Origin: Octopus sinensis
Lineage: Eukaryota
Length of the DNA stretch: 13,260 nucleotides
NCBI RefSeq assembly: GCF_006345805.1
Contig: NW_021826287.1
Location: 1-13,260 of the forward strand
Direction: 5' to 3'
The notes under the pieces are model-generated. The model did not search any database, was not told the origin of the DNA, and saw only the letters and a program-made list of their open reading frames with translations. How positions within the stretch are numbered: the stretch's first letter is position 1; the number at the start of each line of letters is the position of its first letter. The position numbers and the translations under genes are program-made. Positions 1 through 9,119 of the stretch are shown here, one piece after another.

Positions 1-39
1 ATATATATATATATTATATATATATATACATATATATAC

Positions 40-86
<47 letters not shown>

Positions 87-135
87 ATATATGTGTGTGT
101 GTATGTATGTATATATGTATATGTCTATATATATA
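1..135. repeat. Compound (TA)n/(TG)n/(TATG)n microsatellite
   Basis: Directly visible simple repeats. Confidence 0.95.
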
Positions 136-790
136 TGGTGGATTCTCTCATCGAAGACGATGAAGGAGAGTTCTGTAAATAACCTTCACCAATTCCTAAG
201 CCTTGTGACACCGCACGTGTACCTTCGAGCAAGTAAGCAATGTTTAGGTCATTTTTTATAGACCCCTCCCCATGAAGAGGAAAGCAGTGCCATCCTAAAA
301 AGGGCTGCTTTGTTATGAAAGGACGACACGAGTCACACAATTACTTACGGGTGTTGTGCAAAACGGCCATCTACCTTCCACCACCTATGTGCAATGTTCA
401 TGTTTGGAACTACCAGTGACATCCTTCACCTGTTCCCGTCATAATCCCATCATCGCCATAGGATTTAATAAAAAAAAAAACAGGCATCGATGCGCCAAAC
501 CTCGGGTGTTATTTAGTGAAAATGGTTTACTGAACAACCGGCACTTTGACTTGTTTAAAGTGGTCATTGCTTGTGCTGAACAAAGCACTCTCTCTCCATC
601 GAATTAACATGGCCTGTACAGGTGCACAGTGTGCCACACGTCAGATGATAAAACGATCGCAGGATTTTCTTGTAAGAGTGTTCCGTCTCCTAGATCAGTT
701 GTGAGAGTCAACACTAAAGGGTCTGATCCACCCTGGTAGGCTTTCTGCGCGCCTGGGCACCATACCAGGTATTTCTAGGTCCTCGCGCAA
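136..790 (-). mobile_element. Probable 5' UTR region of an RTE-clade LINE, truncated before the endonuclease domain
   Basis: The minus strand has motifs resembling RTE/Expander-type 5' UTRs as I recall them (cctggtatggtgcccagg...tcagac; caactgatctaggagacggaacactct; ggggaggggtctataaaaaatgacctaaacattgc). Both sides are (TA)n. No RT or EN protein motif seen. Needs a repeat-library search. Confidence 0.4.
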
Positions 791-802
791 ATATATATAT
801 AT

Positions 803-990
803 AAAGTAGAGGTTCTCCCTAATATAATCGCACTTCACTTTTGAAGCTCTGATGAAGCTATAGGGCGGTATACAAGCACTCAGCTATGAGTACATTTTAT
901 GTTATGCCAGAAACAGCTGTAAGCTAATGAAGTTCATGACAATTTCTTATTCGCTTGTCATTTATTTAATTTTGTTCTGCTTTTGTTGAG
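803..990 (+). mobile_element. Probable Penelope-like element LTR relic carrying a hammerhead motif
   Basis: Starts right after a (TA)n run and contains a type I HHR with palindromic helix III. Boundaries are approximate. Confidence 0.55.
832..933 (+). ncRNA. Type I hammerhead ribozyme motif HHR1 (helix II imperfect)
   Basis: CUGAUGA 849-855; GAAAC-AGCU-GUA 910-921 (helix III ACAGCUGU is a palindrome). Helix I AGCU 845-848/922-925, extended by ACUUCA 832-837/UGAAGU 928-933. Helix II 856-909 is imperfect, with inner hairpin ACUCA/UGAGU 878-891. Confidence 0.7.
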
Positions 991-1033
991 GGAAGAAATT
1001 TGAAGTACTGCATGTATGTCTATTAAAAGAAAA

Positions 1034-1425
1034 GTGGAGGCGCAATGGCCCAGTGGTTAGGGCAGCGGACTCGCGGTCATAGGATCGCGGTTTCGATTCC
1101 CAGACCGGGCGTTGTGAATGTTTATTGAGCGAAAACACCTAAAGCTTCACGAGGCTCCGGCAGGGGATGGTGGTGATCCCTGCTGTACTCTTTCACCACA
1201 ACTTTCTCTCACTCTTACTTCCTGTTTCTCTTGTACCTGTATTTCAAAGGGCCGGCCTTGTCACTCTCTGTGTCACGCTGAACATCCCCGAGAACTACGT
1301 TAAAGGTACACGTGTCTGTGGAGTGCTCAGCCACTTACACGTTAATTTCACGAGCAGGCTGTTCCGTTGATTCGGATCAACCGAAACCCTCGTCGTCGTA
1401 ACCGACGGAGTGCTTCCATCCATCC
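1034..1425 (+). mobile_element. Full-length tRNA-derived SINE, family A
   Basis: A box TGGCCCAGTGG, B-box-like GGTTTCGATTCC, (CCAT)n tail. Perfect 12-bp TSD ATTAAAAGAAAA at 1022-1033 and 1426-1437. A near-identical inverted copy lies at 7259-7647. Confidence 0.92.
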
Positions 1426-2754
1426 ATTAAAAGAAAACAGAGAGAAATTAAAGAGAAACGAAAAAACAAGACCAATAGCAGCTGATGGATTCTATTGTTT
1501 GTATTCAGAAGAAAAGGAAACAAGGCTTCTACATTTATATCACCGTTAATCTCTGCTGAGGAGTCGATTTAAAGGACTAAAAAGAAGTGCTACAGTACGG
1601 TTGCAATCTTTAGCATAATTGAAAGCACGAAAAGAATATATATGCATTTATTTAAAGTCGACGATTCACTATTTCATTCGATTATTTTATCACTTGAACA
1701 AATGAACAGCGGAGGAGGATCATCAGCTTTTAATAAATAAGCTTTGGTACTTATATCTAGAGCAGAGATTTATGCTGACTGAAAAGTGCCCGAGTATTCT
1801 GTTCCTAATTATGAACAACATAAGCGACCACTGAGCCGCAGAAATTCATATCGCATAGGGAAAACCAGAAACCGCGAGCAACGCTTTCTGATGATGGGTT
1901 AGAGAGTGAACTTACGGCGGCAATCAAGTATTGAGAGAAAGAATGGATTTATTAGAAGATGGCCAATCTAAAGACCAAGAAAGGTTGAAGCCTTCGACGA
2001 AAAGACCGTTGTCTGCTCTTATTTGCTCGCTTTCACAAGAGTTCAGAAGGACAATATGAAATCGACAGAACAGAACGACTTCAAAACAGAAAACAGGGAA
2101 AAACACTTTTCTGGTGAGTGGAGTACACCATAAATCTCAGAAAGACAAACTATTAGTGAAGGTAGCGACAGAATCAATCAATGAATAAAGATATTATTTG
2201 CAAAGATTGTGGAATTTGTTACTGAATCAAACAGCTCGTCTCGATTTGCTTAATTGCATAAACGTAGCAAATCATAGCGAATCGTTCAGGTGTATTTAGG
2301 ATAATTGTTATGATGTTTGACAGGTATGATATAGTGTAGTGTAAATTGATCACATGATTCAATAGTTGACTACACAAACCTTAATTCTGAGGTTAGATCA
2401 ATACTATTAACCTAGATAATAAAAGTTTTAGGCATGGATTCGGATGCTGAAAACTGACCGTGTCGTTTAAGGGTCGGACAACCAAGAACGAAAGGATTAG
2501 CGAACTAATTAAGAAGGAATCAACGCGAGCAGTTATAAACTGTAGAGGCTGATGAACCTGAAAAATATAATTATAGTTGAAAGTAAAATAGAGGGAGAAA
2601 GTAGCACTAAGGAGTTTTAGATAGCGAAGGTAAGTTGATAGAAAAGAGTTAAAGAGAGACACTCGACCATTTTTTTTTTGGCCACTGAAACGAAGGCTGC
2701 CTTGCCCAAAGGTATTCAGGCGCAAAATCTATCTGTTGGGCCAAGACGGGGAGA

Positions 2755-2800
2755 GAGGGAAACGAGAGACGAACGGACAGACAGACAGACGGACAGACAA
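2755..2800. repeat. (GA)/(GACA)-type simple repeat
   Basis: gacagacagacggacagaca visible. Confidence 0.7.
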
Positions 2801-2977
2801 TTGGTGTTATTATTTGGGGACAAGACGTTTTCTTTATCTACTTCTAACTGTAAGCATATAGGGATTTCTCTGGCTATCCTTAAAGTTTTTTTGTTTTTTT
2901 TTTGCTGATGGTTGCCCGGGAACTAGGGCTTGCATCTCATTTTGCTATTTCAGTTCATCTTCGTTACTTCCGTTTTC

Positions 2978-3082
2978 CTAGACCCGAAAATATAGTAAAG
3001 AATGCTTGATCAAAGTACGAAGCAGAGGCATTGAACCCAGAAACGCGTGATTACGAAGGGAATAACTTAACCATGTGGCCAT
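2978..3082 (-). mobile_element. Degenerate tRNA-derived SINE head
   Basis: Minus strand reads TGGCCACATGGTTAAG (A-box-like), GGGTTCAATGCC (B-box-like), then TTTGATCAAGCATTCTTTACTATA, which resembles the matching part of the 5376 SINE. Confidence 0.55.
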
Positions 3083-3127
3083 AACGAAAGTAACAACGTT
3101 GCTTCATGCGGTAGGAAAATGAAAAGA

Positions 3128-3212
3128 AAGGCAGAGAAAGAGAGAGACAAAGAGAGAGAGAAATATACAGACAGACAGGCAGAAAGAAAAACAGACAAGC
3201 AGACAGACAGAC
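3128..3212. repeat. (GA)n/(GACA)n microsatellite
   Basis: Directly visible. Confidence 0.85.
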
Positions 3213-3650
3213 AGAAGAAAAGTTACATTGCTGGTTTGGTAGGGCTGGTATCTAGATCCCTTCGACACCTCTACTTTAATTATCAACCACGCCCAATCTT
3301 TACCCAGTCCAAATCCAGTCAAATCACTCAGCTGCAAGACTCGTATTTTTCCTGTTAATCAACAGCTAGATGGCGATGAACGTTTGAAATGCTACTTGTC
3401 TCATACAAGAAGTCAGAATATACAAAATGGAAATAAACCTCTTCAGATATATTTTTTAAATATATTTTTTTAATATATTTTTTACATATTTTTATTGTTA
3501 TACTCTTCTTGTTATACTCTGCCTAAAATTTTAATTTTTCTTCCGGAAATTTTACACAGGAGAACCAAGAAAAGAGGTTTTGATGAAATAAATAATTTGA
3601 AATATAATTATTTTGGAATTTCTTGTCCTTTGTATCTACTTTTTTTTTGC

Positions 3651-3698
3651 ATTATTATTATTATTATTATTATTAATATCATTATTATTATTATTATC

Positions 3699-3755
<57 letters not shown>

Positions 3756-3790
3756 TATTAATTATTATTATTATTATTATTATTTATTAT
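3651..3790. repeat. (ATT)n trinucleotide microsatellite with ATC interruptions
   Basis: Directly visible; source of the poly-I and poly-L ORFs in the track. Confidence 0.95.
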
Positions 3791-3923
3791 CACTATCTTT
3801 CAAATTTGAAGATGGACGATTTTTTCCAATATTTTCTAATGTTTCCTCAACAATGCATGCAAATGAGTTTAACTTAGATTGCGGCTAAATGAGAATTTAT
3901 TTTTTCATAGAAAGTTATTTGTA

Positions 3924-4003
3924 AAAAAAAAAATAATAAATAAATAAATAAATAAATAAATAAAAAATAAATAAGAAAAAAAAACGAAAAGAAAGAATAA
4001 TAA
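3924..4003. repeat. Poly(A)/(AAAT)n tract
   Basis: Directly visible. Confidence 0.85.
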
Positions 4004-4245
4004 ACAAAGCTTTAAAAATAACAATTTGTATTTTATAATGAATTCTTTTTTAAATTATTCCATAATTATACGGTTTATGGTAATAGCACACGAACGTATT
4101 TCAAGTAGGGCTTTTGGAGATTTTAATGAATTCAGATAATACTGCTCTTCTTATTGTTGCAAGTACACCCCAACACACCTACACACATACGAGATACAGA
4201 TATAATATCCAACCATATATTTATGGCAAGATATACTAATGATTA

Positions 4246-4249
4246 TATA

Positions 4250-4296
<47 letters not shown>

Positions 4297-4723
4297 TATA
4301 ATAATATTTAATTATATTCTGATTCATATAAAAGAGATATATTATATATATATATATATATATAATATATATATATTATACTATATATATTATAGATGCA
4401 TATATATATTACCTATCAACTTACCAATCTATTAATTTCGTTCATTTTGTTTTTCCACTTCCCTGTGGATAACACAAGTAACAAATGTACATATGCAAGT
4501 ATGTATGTATGTATGTATTATGTATGTATTGCATATATATATATATTATATATATATATTGTATATATATATATATTATATATATAGAGATAGAGAGAGA
4601 GAGAGATACATAAATAGATAGATACATGTATATATATACATATACATACATGCATATATATATATATATATGTATGTGTATGCATATATATATATATGTA
4701 TACATACATATATATGTGTTGTA

Positions 4724-4770
<47 letters not shown>

Positions 4771-4808
4771 TATATCTATATATATATTATATATATATAT
4801 ATATATTA

Positions 4809-4839
<31 letters not shown>

Positions 4840-4986
4840 AGGTTTGGTGATGCAAACTGTAAAACAGAACACCAAAACTTGAGTATAAAAATAGTTTTGT
4901 TTTCTTTAATAATCTGGAGAAATTAGCTTGTGACTCAAAGCCTGAGATTTTCAGATCAGGGGGTCTTATATATATTATATATATAC

Positions 4987-5037
<51 letters not shown>

Positions 5038-5047
5038 TATATATATA
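4246..5047. repeat. Cluster of (TA)n-dominated compound microsatellites separated by short unique spacers
   Basis: TA runs at about 4246-4410, 4500-4840 and 4967-5047, mixed with GA, CA and TATG units. Confidence 0.9.
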
Positions 5048-5189
5048 GCTCAAATCAAAGAAGCGTACATCCGTGGTTCGATTCACATCATTCTTTCGTT
5101 GTACAATTCCCTTCAAAATATTACAAAAGATTAATACTTATGATGTGCGTATAACCGCACATACACATCCATCCTTCAATTATTTCATC

Positions 5190-5375
<186 letters not shown>

Positions 5376-5787
5376 GGCGCAGGAGTGGCTGTGTGGTAAG
5401 TAGCTTGCTAACCAACCACATGGTTCCGGTTCAGTCCCACTGCGTGACATCTTGGGCAAGTGTCTTCTGCTGTAGCCCCAGGCCGACTAATGCCTTGTGA
5501 GTGGATTTGGTAGACGGGAACTGAAAGAAACCCGTCATATAATGTATATATATATGTATGTGTGTGTGTGGTGTGTGTGTGTTTGTCCCCCTAGCATTGC
5601 TTGACAACCGATGATGGCTGGTATGTACGTCACCGTCACTTAGCGGTTCGGCAAAAGACCGATAGAATAAGTACTGGGCTTACAAAAAAGAATAAGTCCC
5701 GGGGTCGATTTGCTCGACTAAAGGCGGTACTCCAACATGGCCTCAGTCAAATGACTGAAACAAGTAAAAGAATAAAAGAAAAAAGAA
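5376..5787 (+). mobile_element. Full-length tRNA-derived SINE, family B (CORE-like centre, internal TA/TG microsatellite)
   Basis: GGCGCAGGAGTGGCTGTGTGGTAAG (A box), GGTTCAGTCCC (B box), TTGGGCAAGTGTCTTC CORE-like block, and 3' end ...GACTGAAACAAGT(AAAAGAAT)n. Inserted in (TA)n. Confidence 0.88.
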
Positions 5788-6259
5788 TATATATATATAA
5801 ATATAAAGATCAAAAGTTCTTTCCGAGCAACAGGTTCATTCTGTGGCGTATGTATTTTTTCGTATGGACGCTAAACCGGTCAGCTGCAGCCTTTGGCTTC
5901 CTTCATCAAGAGTCCGGTCTGTTGAAAGCATTGGAGCTGGAACTCCAGTTTAAGTATAACTTCAATTTTAGCTCCCTCAAGTCTCGGAAGCGCCAAAAGG
6001 CGAAAAGAATCCCTTCGTCGGACTTCTCTCGTCTAACTTCTGAACAGCAAGGCTTTTGACCTGCCAAGAATATCACTAAATTATATCCGCAACATCTATA
6101 AAAAAAAATCTCCCTTAATTGTCTGTAAAACACACATGTGTCTTTTAAAGGCAAAATAATGGACACATTCGATCATGTAGTCTTAGCTATACTATGACAG
6201 AAAACCAAAGAGGGGGAAATTTCAGTTATAGGTCAGGTAGATTGGTGCGTTTGTGCGTA

Positions 6260-6331
6260 ACGTGTATATACATGAATGTACGTATATATATATATATATG
6301 TATGCATAAATAAATAATAAATATATATATT

Positions 6332-6419
<88 letters not shown>

Positions 6420-6461
6420 CATACATACATACATGCATATATACATGCATGCATGCATGCA

Positions 6462-6494
<33 letters not shown>

Positions 6495-6610
6495 GTATTA
6501 TATATATATATATGAATGGATGAACGGATGTATATGGATATAGATGCACGTGTATATGTGTCTATAAGTGTGAGTGCGTGTGCGTGCGTATGTATTTGCG
6601 TGCGTGACTA
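6260..6610. repeat. Compound microsatellite with a perfect (GATA)22 at 6332-6419, plus (CATA)n, (CATG)n and (TA)n
   Basis: Directly visible and counted. Confidence 0.95.
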
Positions 6611-6872
6611 TGTGTGTGGAGAAGAATGAAAGGAAGAGAAGTTTTGTGTGAGTGTACATGGATGTGCAAGAGAAAGAGAGAGAAAACGAAAGAGACTGGC
6701 AGATACACTCACATAGACAAACATACACATATTCACACAGGCCCAAACACATACACCCTTCTAACCAACAACATAAGTGGACTAGTGCTACAGGCTAGGG
6801 TGTTATAAAAAGTTTATCATACAAATAATAAAAAAGCAAAAACTGTTTTACTTTATTACAGAAATAACTATA

Positions 6873-7042
6873 AAATTACGGAGATGTACTTGCATGCAGC
6901 ACGAATTTTTGTCAGTGAACAGGTCGCGGTGTCAAAGCGACGAAAATATTTTGACAAATTAAAGTTAAATGTTGAAGTGAATCTAACGGTTTTGTGTATT
7001 TCTTAAATGGCTTATAAACACCTTCCACGCTGCAATTGTTGT
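6873..7042 (+). mobile_element. 170-bp PLE-LTR-like insertion carrying a variant hammerhead
   Basis: Absent from duplicate copy B; flanked by the direct repeat TAACTATA (6865-6872, 7043-7050); contains HHR2. Confidence 0.65.
6908..6958 (+). ncRNA. Minimal type I hammerhead-like motif HHR2 with a G3-C8 core swap
   Basis: Helix I UUUGUCA 6908-6914/UGACAAA 6952-6958; core GUGAACA 6915-6921; extra G 6922; helix II GUCGC/GCGAC 6923-6941; GAA 6942-6944; palindromic helix III AAUAUU 6945-6950; U17 at 6951. Confidence 0.7.
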
Positions 7043-7094
7043 TAACTATATAATATTCTCAAGAAATAGTAACAAGCTTCTGTGTTATTAAAAT

Positions 7095-7103
7095 ACTCAC
7101 CAT
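7095..7103 (-). other. Candidate start codon directly followed by a splice donor (ATG|GTGAGT), copy A
   Basis: Minus strand reads tacgaacATG|GTGAGTatt and sits in the block best conserved between the two duplicate copies. Confidence 0.4.
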
Positions 7104-7258
7104 GTTCGTAGTCATATTCTATTTTACATATTGTATAACTGTTTCGTAACCATATTTTCGTATTCGTCATTTCCTATTGTTATTTAACGTTAACTTCTCT
7201 TTACAGTGAAACAGTTGTGTACAGTAAATTAATTTATACAACTGTATCGTGAGTGAAG

Positions 7259-7647
7259 GTTTGGTTAGAAGCACTCCGTCGGTTACGACGACGAGGGTTC
7301 CGGTTGATCCGAATCAACGGAACAGCCTGCTCGTGAAATTAACGTGTAAGTGGCTGAGCACTCCACAGATACACGTGCACCTTAACGTAGTTCTCGGGGA
7401 TATTCAGCAGAACAACAGAGAGTGACAAGGCCGGCCCCTTGAAATACAGGTACAACAGAAAGAGGAAGTAAGAGTGAGAGAAAGTTGTGGTGAAAGAGTA
7501 CAGCAGGGATCACCACCATCCCCTGCCGGAGCCTCGTGGAGCTTTAGGTGTTTTCGCTCAATAAACACTCACAACGCCCGGTCTGGGAATCGAAACCGCG
7601 ATCCTATGACCGCGAGTCCGCTGCCCTAACCACTGGGCCATTGCGCC
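7259..7647 (-). mobile_element. Full-length tRNA-derived SINE, family A, inverted copy
   Basis: Reverse complement matches 1039-1416 with few differences. Absent from copy B. Possible short TSD TGAAG at 7254-7258 and 7648-7652. Confidence 0.92.
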
Positions 7648-7931
7648 TGAAGAATACACTTGTAATTAGAATCCCCAGTTCTCCGGTACTGGTAGAACAT
7701 GGCTGAGAGTTTATACGGTTACGTAACCGCACCGTTCTACAGATGATGCTTAAAAGGAGCTCACAAACTTCAACACATTAACGGCTAGATAAAGATGGGG
7801 TTGACTTCACACTAGTCGGCAGATGTTTGCATGTTCCCCGCTGACCCATGTATTCCTTAGCCTCTTACCACTGCAAATTATTCAAAGAGACTGAAATATT
7901 TTTTCAAACCAAAGTATCGAAAAACGTCTCC

Positions 7932-7960
7932 GACATATGACGTCATATGTCATAATGACA
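7932..7960. promoter_or_regulatory. CRE/ATF-type site TGACGTCA (7938-7945) inside a 20-bp perfect palindrome
   Basis: GACATATGACGTCATATGTC at 7932-7951 equals its own reverse complement. The motif is retained in copy B. Function not shown. Confidence 0.4.
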
Positions 7961-7998
7961 GTAAGGCAAATTTTTTATTCTTTCGCCTCGACAAATGA

Positions 7999-8001
<3 letters not shown>

Positions 8002-8033
<32 letters not shown>
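8002..8033. repeat. (AT)n microsatellite
   Basis: Directly visible. Confidence 0.95.
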
Positions 8034-8036
<3 letters not shown>

Positions 8037-8255
8037 ATTCTATACTATATACTTATATACATTGTTATAATCAGGGGTCAGCTAAGTGCCTCGACATATA
8101 CTGAATTAGAAATAGACGCTAATGTCTTTTCGAGACAACACACTCTTTTATGTAGGTAATAAAAGATGATGAATTCACACGACTTCGGTTAATCACAGAC
8201 GCGTTTCGAATTTAAAGTAAATTATATGTATCTATTATTCTCCTCAGTGTGATTA
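8034..8255 (-). mobile_element. Probable Penelope-like element LTR relic between two (TA)n runs
   Basis: Carries canonical minimal HHR3 with the CGAAACGCGTC motif typical of PLE LTRs; bounded by TA runs at 8002-8033 and 8255-8266. Confidence 0.7.
8190..8255 (-). ncRNA. Canonical minimal type I hammerhead ribozyme HHR3
   Basis: Minus strand UAAUCACA-CUGAGGA-GAAU..(25 nt)..AUUC-GAAAC-GC-GUC-UGUGAUUA: 8-bp helix I, intact core, 4-bp helix II base, palindromic ACGCGU helix III, GUC triplet. Predicted cut between 8198 and 8197. Confidence 0.88.
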
Positions 8256-8267
8256 TATATATATATG

Positions 8268-8317
8268 AAGAGGGAGAGGGGGAGAGAGAGGGAGAGAGAG
8301 ATAGAGAGAGAGGGGGG
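8268..8317. repeat. GA-rich polypurine tract
   Basis: Directly visible. Confidence 0.85.
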
Positions 8318-8559
8318 AATTTCAGAAAAACATTGACTGGGTAAGAGATCAAACAGAGAGGACATCGACAACTACACACAAAACATACACTTTCATTGAC
8401 ATGGGGCGAGACACATAAAAGCTCGTAACGAAAGTCTTCTGTGGTCTTAGGTGTGCAATTATGGTAATATAAGAAGTTGACTAAACAAATAATGAAGAAA
8501 CTATTTAATTGTATTACAGAAATAACAATAGAGAAATAACAAAACTGTGTTATCAAAAT

Positions 8560-8568
8560 ACTCACCAT
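8560..8568 (-). other. Candidate ATG|GTGAGT, copy B (the TSD twin at 8775-8783 reads ATG|GTGAAT)
   Basis: Minus strand reads tataaacATG|GTGAGTatttt. Confidence 0.35.
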
Positions 8569-8575
8569 GTTTATA

Positions 8576-8771
8576 CTTTTGTAGTCTAGGCACAGGTCCC
8601 AAAATTTTCGGGGGTGGGGGGCAGTACGCAACTGGTACTTAATTTATCGACCCCGGAAGGATGAAAGGCAAAGTCGACCTCGGCGGAATTCGAACTTAAA
8701 ATGTAATGACTGACGAAATACTGCTAAGTATTTTGCCCGACGTGCTAACGATTCTGCCAGCTCAACGCCTT
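8576..8771 (-). mobile_element. tRNA-derived SINE, family C (Nin-like central domain by recall)
   Basis: Minus strand AGGCGTTGAGCTGGCAGAATCGTTAG..GTTCGAATTCC..GTCGACTTTGCCTTTCATCC..GGGTCGATAAATTAAGTACCAG. 19-bp TSD aata(c/t)tcaccatgtttata at 8557-8575 and 8772-8790 (18/19 identical). Confidence 0.88.
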
Positions 8772-8797
8772 AATATTCACCATGTTTATAGTCATAT

Positions 8798-9119
8798 GAA
8801 GGTGCATAGCTCAGTGGTTAGAGCGTTGGGCTCACAATCATGAGGTTGTGAGTTCGAATTCCGGACCCGGCTATGTGTTGTGTTCTTGAGCAAGACATTT
8901 TATTTCACGTTGCTCCAGTTCACTCAGCTGTAGAAATGAGTTGTGACGTCACTGGTGCCAAGCTGTATCGGCCCCTTCGCCTTTCCCTTGGATAACATCG
9001 GTGGGATGGAAAGGTGGAGCGATTGCTGGTCTTCCATAAACAACCTTGTTCGAACTTATGCCTCGGAGAGTAACTTTCTAGGTGCAATCCCATGGTCATT
9101 CAGGACCGACGGGTTTCCT
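8798..9119 (+). mobile_element. Full-length tRNA-derived CORE-type SINE, family D (head resembles elongator tRNA-Met)
   Basis: TAGCTCAGTGG A box, GAGTTCGAATTCC B box, CORE-like TTCTTGAGCAAGACA..CACTCAGCTGTAGAAATGAG. Perfect 13-bp TSD TTTATAGTCATAT at 8785-8797 and 9120-9132. Confidence 0.9.

Larger units (their letters stand above)
6799..7980 (+). repeat. Copy A of an old tandem duplication (partner 8463-9637)
   Basis: Collinear matching blocks: ggtgttataaaaagttt..acaaataat; tattacagaaataac; ctgtgttattaaaatactcaccatgtt (26/27 identical); ttgact..tagtc..tattcc.tagc; tgaaat..ttcaaaccaaa; tatgacgtcata..atgacagtaa. Confidence 0.85.

Noticed and set aside
136-790. HDV-like ribozyme, expected at the 5' end of some RTE elements
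   Set aside because: I could not build the nested double pseudoknot by eye; the fragment looks 5'-truncated
1551-1600. CTGAGGA-GTC..GAC resembling a fourth hammerhead
   Set aside because: Followed by TAAA instead of GAAA (essential G12 missing), no helix III palindrome, and at most 3 bp of helix I
5601-6059. Longest ORF in the track (152 aa)
   Set aside because: Its first ~60 codons are the 3' half and tail of the 5376 SINE and it crosses a TA run; no recognisable domain. Only the unique part is kept, as a low-interest finding.
6222-6808. Overlapping ORFs (YLSI, MYVC, HTHT repeats)
   Set aside because: Artefacts of (GATA)n, (CATA)n and (TG)n repeats
7665-7990. Duplicated unit as a Helitron or MITE end, given its palindrome
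   Set aside because: No CTRR terminus after the hairpin and no terminal inverted repeats or TSD found; a TE origin is not excluded
8800-8872. tRNA-Met-like sequence as a real tRNA gene (likewise heads at 1039, 5376, 7647 and 10889)
   Set aside because: Acceptor and anticodon stems do not pair, and each continues into a SINE body, three of them with TSDs
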